This document shows, in pieces, positions 1 through 9,327 of a stretch of DNA of 64,000 bases. Position numbers and translations under genes: made by a program. Location: NCBI GenBank assembly GCA_020025875.1, contig JAHHRI010000001.1, positions 9,979 to 73,978 on the forward strand, in the 5' to 3' direction. Origin of the DNA: Alphaproteobacteria bacterium (GTDB taxonomy: Bacteria; Pseudomonadota; Alphaproteobacteria; RF32; CAG-239). The notes below the pieces were generated by a model, which was not told where the DNA came from, did not search any database, and saw only the letters and a list, made by a program, of their open reading frames with translations. Within the stretch, counting starts at the first letter, position 1; each line of letters starts with the position of its first letter.

Positions 1-297
1 AAAAATCGGTCCTTTGCGGAACTCAAACTCGCCTTTCTGGCTGACATAGATCTCGCTGCCGGTAATATCCGACAGCAACAAATCCGGTGTGAACTGAATA
101 CGGTTAAAACCGGCGGAAATGCAGTCTGCCAAGGTTTTAATCGCTTTGGTTTTTGCCAGTCCCGGTGCGCCTTCGACCAGTGCGTGCCCTTCTGCCAGAA
201 GCGTGATCAGCATTTTTTTCACCAAATCTTTCTGCCCGATGATTCGGCTGTCCATATAATCTTTCAAACCAACGATTTTATCGCGTATTTCAGACAT
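1..297 (-). CDS. MoxR-family AAA+ ATPase, N-terminal ~99 codons; gene continues past the window start
   Basis: Reverse-strand translation from ATG at 297-295 gives MSEIRDKIVGLKDYMDSRIIGQKDLVKKMLITLLAEGHALVEGAPGLAKTKAIKTLADCISAGFNRIQFTPDLLLSDITGSEIY...; Walker A GAPGLAKT typical of MoxR; open to the window edge. Confidence 0.6.
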   Translation of the reverse strand, partial: MSEIRDKIVGLKDYMDSRIIGQKDLVKKMLITLLAEGHALVEGAPGLAKTKAIKTLADCISAGFNRIQFTPDLLLSDITGSEIYVSQKGEFEFRKGPIF

Positions 298-396
298 TTT
301 TCCCTCTTGTTTATAGTTTCATAAAGCACTTTTATTTCCGTGAATAATAATATAATATAAGAAAAGACAAACAAAAAAACAAGAAGTATCCTAAAA

Positions 397-2724
397 ATGA
401 GCGACATATTTGATCTGGCCGCACAAGAGCCTGCGACAACCTATGACAACACCACCCGACTTATGCCGGAACTGCCGTGGTTGAACAATCTCAATCCCGA
501 ACAAAAACAAGCCGTCACCTCCACCGAGGGGCCTCTGTTGGTGCTTTCCGGCGCGGGAACCGGCAAAACCAAAGTGTTGACCACCCGTCTGGCCTATATT
601 CTTGCCAACCGAAAAGCCAACCCGTGGAACTGTCTGGTTGTAACCTTTACCAACCGTGCTTCTCGCGAAATGAAAAGCCGCGCCCGCAACCTTATCGGTG
701 AAATGGCCGATTCTGTCTGGATGGGAACTTTTCACGGCATTGCCGCCAAAATTCTTCGCCTCCATGCCGAACGTGTCGGGCTTAAAAACAACTTTACCAT
801 TTTGGGCGAAGACGATCAACGGCGACTGATCAAACAGATTCTGGAAGCCGAAGGTATTGACGATAAAAAATATCCGCCGCAATCCATTCTGGACAAAATT
901 CAACTGTGGAAAGACAAGGGGCTGACGGTTGATAAAATCGACGACAACTTTCGCGCCAACATCACCACCGAAGTCTACAAAAAATATCAAAGCAGGCTGT
1001 TGGAACTCAACTGTGTCGATTTTGGCGATCTGTTGCTTTATACCTTAAACATTCTGATGTCCGCCCCCGAAGTGCTGAACGACTACCAAACACGTTTCAA
1101 ATACATTATGGTGGACGAATATCAAGACACCAACGTCACCCAGTATTTGTTTCTCCGCCTGATCTGCCAAAAGCACCGCAATTTGTGCTGCGTCGGTGAT
1201 GACGACCAATCTATCTATTCATGGCGCGGGGCAGAAATTGAAAACATCTTGCGTTTTGAAAAAGATTTCCCCGATGCCCGAATCATTCGCCTTGAACGCA
1301 ATTATCGCTCCACAGCCAACATTTTGTCCGCGGCGTCGGCACTTATCCGTCACAACCATGATCGCCTCGGGAAAACTTTGAAAGTGGCTGAAAATTCGCC
1401 TGCCGCCCTTGCGGACAACAGCAAAATTAAGATCATCAGCACCTACAACGGTGCAGAAGAAGCAGCTTATGTCGCCAATGAAATCGAAAACCTGCATCGA
1501 AACGGCACCGGTTACAACCAAATGGCCATCCTTGTGCGCACGGCGGCACAAACGCGCGAGTTTGAAGAAAAATTCATTGCCGAAGCCATACCCTATCAGG
1601 TCATCGGCGGTCCGAAATTCTACGAGCGGGCGGAAATCCGAGATGCCCTCGCCTATCTGCGGGTTGTTTTGCAGCCGGCAGACGATCTGGCTCTGGAACG
1701 CATCATTAACAAACCAGCGCGAAGCATCGGTGCCAAAACCGTCGACAAATTTAAAAACGAAGCGCGTGCCAACCACATTTCCCTGTTTATGGCCATTGAA
1801 AAGCTGTTACAAGAAAACGCCTTAAGCGGCAAAGCCAAATCCAATGCCGCCCAACTGATTGACCATTTTCACCAATGGCGACACACCATGAACGCGGTTT
1901 CTCCCGATGAACTGGCATCGCAGGTGCTGGAAGATTCCGGCTATATGGAAATGCTCAAAATGGACAAGTCCCCCGAAGCCGAAGGACGTATCGAAAACTT
2001 AAAAGAGCTGATTAATGTTATGAGTGACACCAATCAGTACCCCTCTTTAAACGACTTTATGGAACACGTCAGTTTGGTCATGGACAACGACAACAACATA
2101 GACACGGACAAAGTCATGCTGATCACTTTGCATTCGGCAAAAGGGCTGGAGTTTGAAACTGTGTTTCTGCCCGGCTGGGAAGAAGGGCTTTTTCCGCATC
2201 AGCGGGCGTTGGACGAAGGCGGCGGCAGCGCTTTGGAAGAAGAACGGCGGCTGGCTTATGTCGCCATAACCCGCGCCAAACAAAAACTATATATCTTAAC
2301 GGCGCTCAACCGCCGCATCTATGGTCAGTGGCAAAACAACCTGCCCTCTCGCTTCATCAACGAACTGCCGCCGGAAAATATAGAAATTTGCAATATGTCA
2401 TCGGCCTATTTCGGTACTTCAGAAAGTTACGGCAGCCGGTTCGGAGACTATAACCAAACGGCAACCGTTATCCACGACAGCGAACGCTTCAGCTATGTGC
2501 GTGAAGAAAACAACGATTGGAGCGGCAATGTCTGGCGTGCCAAGCGAAAAGCCGTAAACGCCGCCTCCGACACCCCCGTCGGCACAATCGTTTTTCACGA
2601 AACGTTTGGTTATGGCAAAGTGTTGAAAATCGAAGGCAACAAGTTGGAAATTTGGTTTAACGAGGCCGGACATAAAAAACTGTTAAAAGACTATGTCAGA
2701 AAAGCGCAGACCGCACGCAAATAA
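397..2724 (+). CDS. uvrD: UvrD/Rep-family ATP-dependent DNA helicase (775 aa)
   Basis: Walker A GAGTGKTKVLT, helicase motifs (DEYQDTN, TLHSAKGLEF, YVAITRAK), length typical of UvrD/Rep. Confidence 0.85.
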   Translation: MSDIFDLAAQEPATTYDNTTRLMPELPWLNNLNPEQKQAVTSTEGPLLVLSGAGTGKTKVLTTRLAYILANRKANPWNCLVVTFTNRASREMKSRARNLIGEMADSVWMGTFHGIAAKILRLHAERVGLKNNFTILGEDDQRRLIKQILEAEGIDDKKYPPQSILDKIQLWKDKGLTVDKIDDNFRANITTEVYKKYQSRLLELNCVDFGDLLLYTLNILMSAPEVLNDYQTRFKYIMVDEYQDTNVTQYLFLRLICQKHRNLCCVGDDDQSIYSWRGAEIENILRFEKDFPDARIIRLERNYRSTANILSAASALIRHNHDRLGKTLKVAENSPAALADNSKIKIISTYNGAEEAAYVANEIENLHRNGTGYNQMAILVRTAAQTREFEEKFIAEAIPYQVIGGPKFYERAEIRDALAYLRVVLQPADDLALERIINKPARSIGAKTVDKFKNEARANHISLFMAIEKLLQENALSGKAKSNAAQLIDHFHQWRHTMNAVSPDELASQVLEDSGYMEMLKMDKSPEAEGRIENLKELINVMSDTNQYPSLNDFMEHVSLVMDNDNNIDTDKVMLITLHSAKGLEFETVFLPGWEEGLFPHQRALDEGGGSALEEERRLAYVAITRAKQKLYILTALNRRIYGQWQNNLPSRFINELPPENIEICNMSSAYFGTSESYGSRFGDYNQTATVIHDSERFSYVREENNDWSGNVWRAKRKAVNAASDTPVGTIVFHETFGYGKVLKIEGNKLEIWFNEAGHKKLLKDYVRKAQTARK

Positions 2725-2851
2725 GAGATTGTGGGAATATGGATTGTCGGGCAAGGACTGTTAAAGATAAGAAAACAACACGCCGAACGCTGCCCGATGT
2801 CCGCTGTGCCGCAACCATATTTCCTTAAGCTGCGCGCGCTGGGGAGAAGCT

Positions 2852-2875
2852 AAAGGCGCAACGCTTTGCGCCTTT
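2852..2875. terminator. 10-bp stem hairpin (aaaggcgcaa / ttgcgccttt) between convergent genes; weak U-tract
   Basis: Perfect inverted repeat seen in sequence; no strong T-run on either strand. Confidence 0.3.
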
Positions 2876-2913
2876 AGAAAAAGCCCCGATTCGCAAAAAG
2901 AAACAACCGACTT

Positions 2914-3786
2914 CTACAGATCAAACAGATCGGAATAGGCAAAAGAAAAACCAATCAGGAAATTTGATCCCTCTTTATCCACACCGCACGCTTTGCCCTG
3001 AAAATAGCTGAAATAGGGTGCCAAGCTGAATTTCTGATAAACTTTCACATCCATCCGACCGGTCACGCTCAACTCATATTTTAAATCCGTCGCCACATAT
3101 TTACTATAGCTGACATAATTACGGAAATAGCCTTCCAGCTGGAAAGTCACCTGATCGGAAATGGGCTTTTCCGCCCGCAGCCCAATTTCATAGGCACTTT
3201 TTGTCACTTCGTCGCCGCTGTAGGTAAAGTCATATTCTCCGACTGCCGCGGCATAGAGTTCTTTAAGATAGGTGCCGTTAAACAACTTCAGACCGGTTTT
3301 GCCGCGAACCACTTTCATCCTCGGCGCATCGTTGTTTTTGGTAAATTCGGTTTGATAAGCTATGCTGACAAACGGACCGGCATCTATATCCTGAAACCCG
3401 GGTTTCCACAATTTACAATTATAATCCGAAGTCAATAAAATTTTGTCGGCATCTTCGTCTGTCGTATGCTTTTCTCCCTCAGGTTTCAAGCGTGTTTCCG
3501 CATATTCCATAAACAGACTGTTGTTCCATTGTGTATTTGGGCGCTCATATTCAAGCACAAAATCGAACACGCCTTTAATCATTGTTTTGCTGTCTGCGCT
3601 CAACTGAGAATTGGGGCTGTCAACGTAAAGGTCGGCGTTTTTAACTTCGGTTGAAGCCATCTCCAGCGCCACGCGGCGAAAATTTGCCCGCAAATGGCTT
3701 GTTTCGGTCTTTTCATCTGCCTGTACGGTCACAGAGGCAGCCATGTATACAACAGCTGTCAATGCCGGCAATTTATATTTGATCAT
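2914..3786 (-). CDS. Putative outer-membrane beta-barrel protein with signal peptide (290 aa)
   Basis: N-terminal signal peptide MIKYKLPALTAVVYMAASVTVQA, alternating aromatic/hydrophilic beta-strand pattern; family not securely recognised (MipA/OmpV-like guess). Confidence 0.45.
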   Translation of the reverse strand: MIKYKLPALTAVVYMAASVTVQADEKTETSHLRANFRRVALEMASTEVKNADLYVDSPNSQLSADSKTMIKGVFDFVLEYERPNTQWNNSLFMEYAETRLKPEGEKHTTDEDADKILLTSDYNCKLWKPGFQDIDAGPFVSIAYQTEFTKNNDAPRMKVVRGKTGLKLFNGTYLKELYAAAVGEYDFTYSGDEVTKSAYEIGLRAEKPISDQVTFQLEGYFRNYVSYSKYVATDLKYELSVTGRMDVKVYQKFSLAPYFSYFQGKACGVDKEGSNFLIGFSFAYSDLFDL

Positions 3787-3912
3787 CCAATCTCCGTCGT
3801 TTACAATTTAGTTTATCAGATATATAAACGATTGAAGAGGATTGGCAAGCTTTAAATGCCCGTTACCCGCAACATTTAAATCTCAGCGCATCTTAGCGCA
3901 AGAGGACAAAAC

Positions 3913-4437
3913 ATGAACATAGATCAACTGGCAGAAGCGATCTGCCGCCTAAAAGACACCCCTCGCAACGGCTGGATCCACCGCATGGTGGAAAATCCGG
4001 AATCCGTTGCCGATCATTCGTGGGGGCTCTGCCTGCTCACGCTTATTCTATGCCCCGCTCATCTCGATCGGCTGAAATGTATGGAGCTTGCCGTCGTTCA
4101 TGATCTGGCGGAAGAAATCACCGGCGACTATGTACCCGACGACAAAATCTCCCATCAGGAAAAACACGACTTGGAACTCAAAGCAATGGAACAAATTGCC
4201 GCACAGGTAAAATGTCCTCGGCTGCTCTCGCTGTTTGAGGAATATGAACAGCGCAGCACGCCGGAAGCCCTATTCGTTAAACAAATGGACAAACTCGAAG
4301 TGGTATTGCAAGCACGCTACTACGACCTTAACCACCGCAGTCGCTATTTTGAGGAAAAGCGCGAATGGCTTTCGCTGTTTGAGGAATATGAAAAAAATGC
4401 TCGCCCCGTACTAAACGGACTGCTGGAAAAATTATAG
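3913..4437 (+). CDS. HD-domain phosphohydrolase (YfbR-like 5'-deoxynucleotidase family)
   Basis: H...HD...D motif (ADHSWGL, VVHDLAEEITGD), ~174 aa. Confidence 0.65.
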   Translation: MNIDQLAEAICRLKDTPRNGWIHRMVENPESVADHSWGLCLLTLILCPAHLDRLKCMELAVVHDLAEEITGDYVPDDKISHQEKHDLELKAMEQIAAQVKCPRLLSLFEEYEQRSTPEALFVKQMDKLEVVLQARYYDLNHRSRYFEEKREWLSLFEEYEKNARPVLNGLLEKL

Positions 4438-4456
4438 TTTTTTTTATAAAAAACTC

Positions 4457-4485
4457 TTGACAACGAGAGAAAGTTTCTTTATTAA
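4457..4485 (+). promoter_or_regulatory. sigma70-like promoter for tRNA-Met: TTGACA-17-TATTAA
   Basis: TTGACA at 4457-4462, 17-nt spacer, TATTAA at 4480-4485, about 15 nt upstream of the tRNA 5' end. Confidence 0.5.
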
Positions 4486-4500
4486 AGATGCTGTCTTTAT

Positions 4501-4577
4501 GGCGGGGTAGCTCAGGTGGTTAGAGCAGCGGAATCATAATCCGCGTGTCGTTGGTTCGAATCCGACCCTCGCTACCA
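4501..4577 (+). tRNA. tRNA-Met (anticodon CAT; tRNA-Ile2 if lysidinylated cannot be excluded)
   Basis: Cloverleaf: acceptor GGCGGGG/CCTCGCT (two G-U), D-loop AGCTCAGGTGGTTAGAGC, anticodon stem GCGGA/TCCGC with loop ATCATAA, T-arm GGTTCGAATCC, 3' CCA encoded. Confidence 0.85.
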
Positions 4578-4585
4578 ACAAAAAA

Positions 4586-4610
4586 CCCTAGATTATCTAG
4601 GGTTTTTTCT
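4586..4610 (+). terminator. Rho-independent terminator after tRNA-Met
   Basis: ccctaga...tctaggg hairpin followed by TTTTTT. Confidence 0.6.
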
Positions 4611-4636
4611 TTGCTTTAAAACAATCTTTTAACTAT

Positions 4637-4861
4637 TTAATTTTTTTTACTTTTTTCTGCCATTTTCTCCGCCGCAGGCAAGGAAGAAAAAATCAGCAAT
4701 ATGGCAGAAGCGCCGACCAATATATAGACAATGCGGCTCAAAATGCTCATCGCGCCAAAAAGAAAAGCAACCAAATCAAAGCCAAACAAGCCGATCAGCC
4801 CCCAATTTAAACCTCCGATAATCGTCAAAATCAGTGCCGTATTGAAAACGATATTATTCAT
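4637..4861 (-). CDS. Small membrane protein, DUF378-like (74 aa)
   Basis: Two TM helices, GGLNWGLIGLFGFDLV motif reminiscent of DUF378. Confidence 0.5.
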   Translation of the reverse strand: MNNIVFNTALILTIIGGLNWGLIGLFGFDLVAFLFGAMSILSRIVYILVGASAILLIFSSLPAAEKMAEKSKKN

Positions 4862-5033
4862 AACTTATCTCCCGATTTATTATCATCTAACGAAGATAAT
4901 ATTGTGACTGATACAGATTTTTCAATATGAACATCAAGCAGAAAATTGTTTTGCCGCCCCAACCGGCAGCTGACAACGCCTTACCGATTGACCGTTTCGA
5001 CAATAGAAAACAGGCCTTTTGGGGCGCACAAAT

Positions 5034-5984
5034 TTACAGTTCTGTTCTGATAATATCATCAATCAGGGTATAACGAGGTTTCCAACCGAGCTCCGATTCC
5101 GCCAGATCGGAGGCGGCGACCAACACCGCGGGATCTCCGAGTCGATGTTCCTCAAAACGCACCGGCAACGGTTTGCCGATAATTCTCTCGGTTGCGTCAA
5201 TCACTTCCTTAACCGACACCCCTTGCGATGTTCCCAAGTTGAATATGCCCGAAGGACGCCCTGCAAGCAACCGTTTAATTGCCGATACATGAGCGTCCGC
5301 CAAATCAGACACATGGACATAATCTCGTATACAAGTACCGTCACGAGTTTCATAATCATTGCCAAACACCGACAAATATTGACGCTTTCCGTCAACCACT
5401 TCTTTAATGATCGGCAACAGGTTTTGCGGATGACGGTCACGACCTTTAATTGCTCCCGAAGCATCATAGCCGGCAGCGTTAAAATAGCGCAGCGCCGTAT
5501 ATTTAATTCCTTTCAGGCGGTCATACCAATCCATCAACCGTTCTGTTTCCTGCTTGGTAAACCCATAAAAACTAATCGGGTTAAGCGGGTGTTTTTCGTC
5601 AACCGGCAGATATTCCGGCATACCGTACACCGCGGCCGACGAGGAAAAAACCAGTGCTTTAACATTGTTTTGTGCCATTGCATTCAAAATATGAACCGCT
5701 CCGAGCAAATTGTTTTCGGCATAAAGTTCGGGGTTGATCATTGATTCTCCGACTGCTTTTTTGGCAGCCAGATGAACAACCGCCTCAAACCCCTGCCGCA
5801 TTGTTTTTTCCAGTTGTCCATAGTCTAGGATATTTCCTTCGACAAAGTGAGCGGCGGGAAACAGGTTAATTTTGTGTCCGCTTGACAAATCATCATAAAC
5901 GGTTACATCGGCATGATCTGCCAATAATGCTTTAACCACATGCGAACCGATATAACCCGCACCACCGATCACCAAAACTTTCAT
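5034..5984 (-). CDS. galE: UDP-glucose 4-epimerase
   Basis: MKVLVIGGAGYIGSH Rossmann N-terminus, YxxxK SDR signature, ~317 aa; start ATG overlaps ugd stop (ATGA). Confidence 0.85.
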   Translation of the reverse strand: MKVLVIGGAGYIGSHVVKALLADHADVTVYDDLSSGHKINLFPAAHFVEGNILDYGQLEKTMRQGFEAVVHLAAKKAVGESMINPELYAENNLLGAVHILNAMAQNNVKALVFSSSAAVYGMPEYLPVDEKHPLNPISFYGFTKQETERLMDWYDRLKGIKYTALRYFNAAGYDASGAIKGRDRHPQNLLPIIKEVVDGKRQYLSVFGNDYETRDGTCIRDYVHVSDLADAHVSAIKRLLAGRPSGIFNLGTSQGVSVKEVIDATERIIGKPLPVRFEEHRLGDPAVLVAASDLAESELGWKPRYTLIDDIIRTEL

Positions 5985-7291
5985 TTTATTTTTTTCCCCA
6001 CACATTGATAGTCAAACCCGAGTTGTTGCACCTCATCAAGGCTCAACATATTGCGCATATCAACGATTCTGGCGCAACGCATTATCTTTTTCAGCCGTTT
6101 AAGATCCAGATGCTTAAAATCTTCCCATTCGGTCAAGATCACGGCAACTTCCGCATCACGGCAAGCCTCGTCAACACTTTCCGCATATTGAACCGTATTG
6201 TTTAAAATGGTTTTGGCATTTTCCGTTGCCTTAGGATCATAAACCATAATATTGCGGGAATGTTTGATCATTTCTTTGACAATGTCAATCGCCGGCGATT
6301 CCCGACAATCGTCCGTTCCGCCTTTGAAAGCCAAACCCAACACCGCAATTTTTCCCTCCGGACGCTCTTTCACCAACTCAATCACCCGCCGTCCGATCAT
6401 AGATTTTCGGGCATCGTTTTGAGCAATGGTGGTTTCAATCAACGTAAGATGCGCGCCAAATTTTCTGCCCATCTGTGCCATGGCGTTGGTATCTTTGGGA
6501 AAACAAGAGCCGCCGTACCCCGGCCCCGAATTAAGAAATTTTTTGCCGATACGGCTGTCCAGCCCCATTCCTTTTGCCACTTCTTTAATGTCGGCATCGG
6601 CGCATTCGCAAAAATCCGCCATTTCGTTGATATAGTGAATTTTCATTGCCAAAAAGGCGTTTGAGGCATATTTGATGGTTTCCGACGAACGGCGTTTAAC
6701 GCACAAAATTTCGCTTTTGCCGACAAAGGGTTGATAAAGATTAAGCATCACTTCACGCGCTTTGTTGCTTTCGGCACCGATCACAATCCGATCAGGGTTA
6801 AAAAAGTCGTAAATGGCAAACCCCTCGCGCAAAAACTCAGGCAAAGAAACCACATCAAAATCGGCTTTCGGATTAACCTTGCGAATAATCTTCTCAATTT
6901 CATCGCCGCTGCCTACCGGCACCGTCGATTTAGTTGCCACAACCGTATACCCTTGCAAATAGCGAGCCAATTCTTCCGCTGCCGCATAAATATATTTCAA
7001 GTCGGCTTCTTTGGTCAGCGGATGCGGAGGCGTGCCCACCGCCAACATCACGACATCGGCATCTTTGACCGCGCTTTCCATATCTGTGGTAAAGCTCAAA
7101 GCACCGGCGGCCACGTTTTTTTGAAAAAGTTCCTCCAACCCGTCCTCATATAAAGTTAACTCACCACGGTTGAGCTTGTCGATTTTGTCTGTCAGCTTGT
7201 CAACGCAGACAACTCTGTTTCCGAGTTCGGCCAATCCGACCCCCGTGGGCAGACCGACATATCCCGTTCCGATAATGGCAATTTTCATCAT
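5981..7291 (-). CDS. ugd: UDP-glucose 6-dehydrogenase
   Basis: MKIAIIGTGYVGL NAD-binding N-terminus, catalytic GGSCFPKD motif, 436 aa. Confidence 0.85.
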   Translation of the reverse strand: MMKIAIIGTGYVGLPTGVGLAELGNRVVCVDKLTDKIDKLNRGELTLYEDGLEELFQKNVAAGALSFTTDMESAVKDADVVMLAVGTPPHPLTKEADLKYIYAAAEELARYLQGYTVVATKSTVPVGSGDEIEKIIRKVNPKADFDVVSLPEFLREGFAIYDFFNPDRIVIGAESNKAREVMLNLYQPFVGKSEILCVKRRSSETIKYASNAFLAMKIHYINEMADFCECADADIKEVAKGMGLDSRIGKKFLNSGPGYGGSCFPKDTNAMAQMGRKFGAHLTLIETTIAQNDARKSMIGRRVIELVKERPEGKIAVLGLAFKGGTDDCRESPAIDIVKEMIKHSRNIMVYDPKATENAKTILNNTVQYAESVDEACRDAEVAVILTEWEDFKHLDLKRLKKIMRCARIVDMRNMLSLDEVQQLGFDYQCVGKKIK

Positions 7292-7463
7292 TACTTACGC
7301 ATCCTCATATATCCGAAAGTCAGTTATTTAGAACGTTTTAATCATAATCAAACCGTTTGCAAAAACAAGCGTGGATTAGATTTTATACACTATTAACGAT
7401 TTGTATTGCTAAAACAGCTAAAAACCATTATATTTTGCATAATGATTTATTTTCGAGGACTAT

Positions 7464-8144
7464 TTGTCAATGCAAAAGGAGCTGTACCTGTTTATCATTT
7501 GGCCAAACGGCCGTTTTATGGAAAAACAGATTGTTGCCGACATCAAAAAAAAGTTTGAAATTTTCCGCATTTTTGAAGTCTGCTGGAAAGAGGAGCATTT
7601 TGCTCTCAATTTGGCGCGTTTTTATGGCAAAAAACTCCCTAAAGGATGCAAAAAAGAAAAAGAAACCGGCACCGGCTCTTTTAAGATCTACCTCGTTTAC
7701 GACAACAATCCGCAATACACGGACGGCAAAAATACAAATATTGTCAAAAAGAAACAAGAATATCGCCAGCTTGCCGGAGGCGGCAATCTGATCCATGCCA
7801 GCGACAACCCTGCCGAAACCAATGAAAACCTGTTGTTCCTGCTGGGCAAAACAATCAAGGAACTGGAGCAAGAAGGACCGCAGACCAATATCGGCGTCAT
7901 CAGCCACGACCTGATCGGCTGCCCGACATGGGACAGTCTTCGTCAAGCATTGGATACGGTAAGGAAAATCCCTTTTACCAGAGTAAAAGCTTATAAAAAT
8001 TCATACCTTATCCATAGTCGCAACGCCGATTTGGCTCGCCGTCTGCTCAATGCCTCCAGCCATTTTTCCATTCCCGGAATCCACAAATATTCGATTGAAG
8101 TCGGCAAAACCAAACAACCGATATATATTCGCAAAATCAACTAA
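7464..8144 (+). CDS. Hypothetical protein (226 aa), no recognisable domain
   Basis: Long ORF in an AT-rich pocket next to sugar-nucleotide genes; Lys-rich, no signal peptide. Confidence 0.4.
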   Translation: MSMQKELYLFIIWPNGRFMEKQIVADIKKKFEIFRIFEVCWKEEHFALNLARFYGKKLPKGCKKEKETGTGSFKIYLVYDNNPQYTDGKNTNIVKKKQEYRQLAGGGNLIHASDNPAETNENLLFLLGKTIKELEQEGPQTNIGVISHDLIGCPTWDSLRQALDTVRKIPFTRVKAYKNSYLIHSRNADLARRLLNASSHFSIPGIHKYSIEVGKTKQPIYIRKIN

Positions 8145-8157
8145 ACCGAATGCGCGG

Positions 8158-8472
8158 CTAATCTTCCTCATCATCAATCGGGGTTTTGGCAAACAAAATT
8201 TTCCATATCTGTTTGCGAAACATCCAGAGGTTAATAACCCCCAAAACAACCATCAGCGAAGCAAACAGATACAAAATATAATACCAACCGAGTTCGGCGG
8301 CATTCATCATCACTTCCTGATTGGTAAAACGCAAAAAACTGACCGCTGCCGCCGTCACAATAAATGAGATCATAAACGCTGCCAGCCAAACTTTGCGGAT
8401 AATGACCTTATCTGCCATCAGAGAAGTCAAAATATAAATTAAAAACAGAGAAATAAACAAATAGAATTCCAT
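8158..8472 (-). CDS. Small integral membrane protein (104 aa)
   Basis: Three predicted TM segments; no family recognised. Confidence 0.4.
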   Translation of the reverse strand: MEFYLFISLFLIYILTSLMADKVIIRKVWLAAFMISFIVTAAAVSFLRFTNQEVMMNAAELGWYYILYLFASLMVVLGVINLWMFRKQIWKILFAKTPIDDEED

Positions 8473-8613
8473 ATTTTGCTTCCTTACCCATTAGATTATG
8501 GCAAAAATATAAGCATACTCTTTTTCTTTTCAACAGTCGCACGCCTAAAAACGCAAACAAACAGCTTCTCACACCCTAAAAAACATACACCGTCAGAGAA
8601 TGAAAATATTGTT

Positions 8614-8741
8614 GTCCTCATCTCCCTGTCGCATCTCCTGTCCTCATCACCCTATCAAACCTTCTGTCATCATCACCCTGTCGCATCTCCTGTCCTCATC
8701 ACCTTATCAAACCTCCTGTCCTCATCTCCCTGTCGCACAAC
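8614..8741. repeat. Tandem repeat array: alternating ~26-bp units A (TCCTCATCtCCCTGTCGCATCTCCTG) and B (TCCTCATCACCcTATCAAACCTtCTG), period ~52 bp, pattern A-B-A-B-A
   Basis: Read directly from sequence 8614-8741; pyrimidine-rich on the + strand; non-coding, upstream of the 8158-8472 gene. Confidence 0.8.
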
Positions 8742-8776
8742 ATTATTTCGGCAATAAAATGCACCTCATAAACGCA

Positions 8777-8819
8777 AAAAAAACCGCTGTTTCCTTGTAG
8801 GGAAACAACGGTTTTTTTC
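8777..8819. terminator. Bidirectional rho-independent terminator (A-run, 12-bp stem, T-run)
   Basis: accgctgtttcc / ggaaacaacggt stem with one mismatch, flanked by AAAAAAAA and TTTTTTT; lies downstream of the minus-strand gene 8847-9092. Confidence 0.6.
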
Positions 8820-8846
8820 TTTGGTTTTATATTACTGCTTTTGCCA

Positions 8847-9092
8847 TTATCCATGGCAAAACCAGAGTTTCATCAGGATATTTAACTTGCCAAATATCCA
8901 GCAGTACACGCAATATACTGCTCCGATTATGGCTCCAATATGCCAAAATCCGATGATCCATCCCAAAAAGGCGGCAACCAAAGCGGTCAAAACAATCTCC
9001 AATACATAAGAAAGGAGTTGTTCTACTCCGTTTTTAATTAAACCCCAAATGAAACAGATTAAAATAAAACCGAAAAAAATGTTTGCTATCAT
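8847..9092 (-). CDS. Small membrane protein (81 aa)
   Basis: Hydrophobic, 2-3 TM; no family recognised. Confidence 0.4.
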   Translation of the reverse strand: MIANIFFGFILICFIWGLIKNGVEQLLSYVLEIVLTALVAAFLGWIIGFWHIGAIIGAVYCVYCWIFGKLNILMKLWFCHG

Positions 9093-9327
9093 ACATTATA
9101 TTTTTAAGAATCAATACTGTTTAATCCATTCAAGTTTTCACTTAAATTTTTCCACAGCAGCAATCAATAAAAAAGGAAAAACCTAATTTATGACGGCAAA
9201 CATGCGAATAATTAAATAGAAAAATGGAACAAATTAATTTTTTAGTTCTTTTATTATATAATTTTTGACATAAAATGCAAGCAAAATCATATTTTTTGTC
9301 ATTTTCTGAAATATTTTAACAGCATTC

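Noticed and set aside
8614-8741. Possible CRISPR array
   Set aside because: Units are contiguous with no unique spacers, only ~26 bp, and imperfect/alternating. No cas genes nearby.
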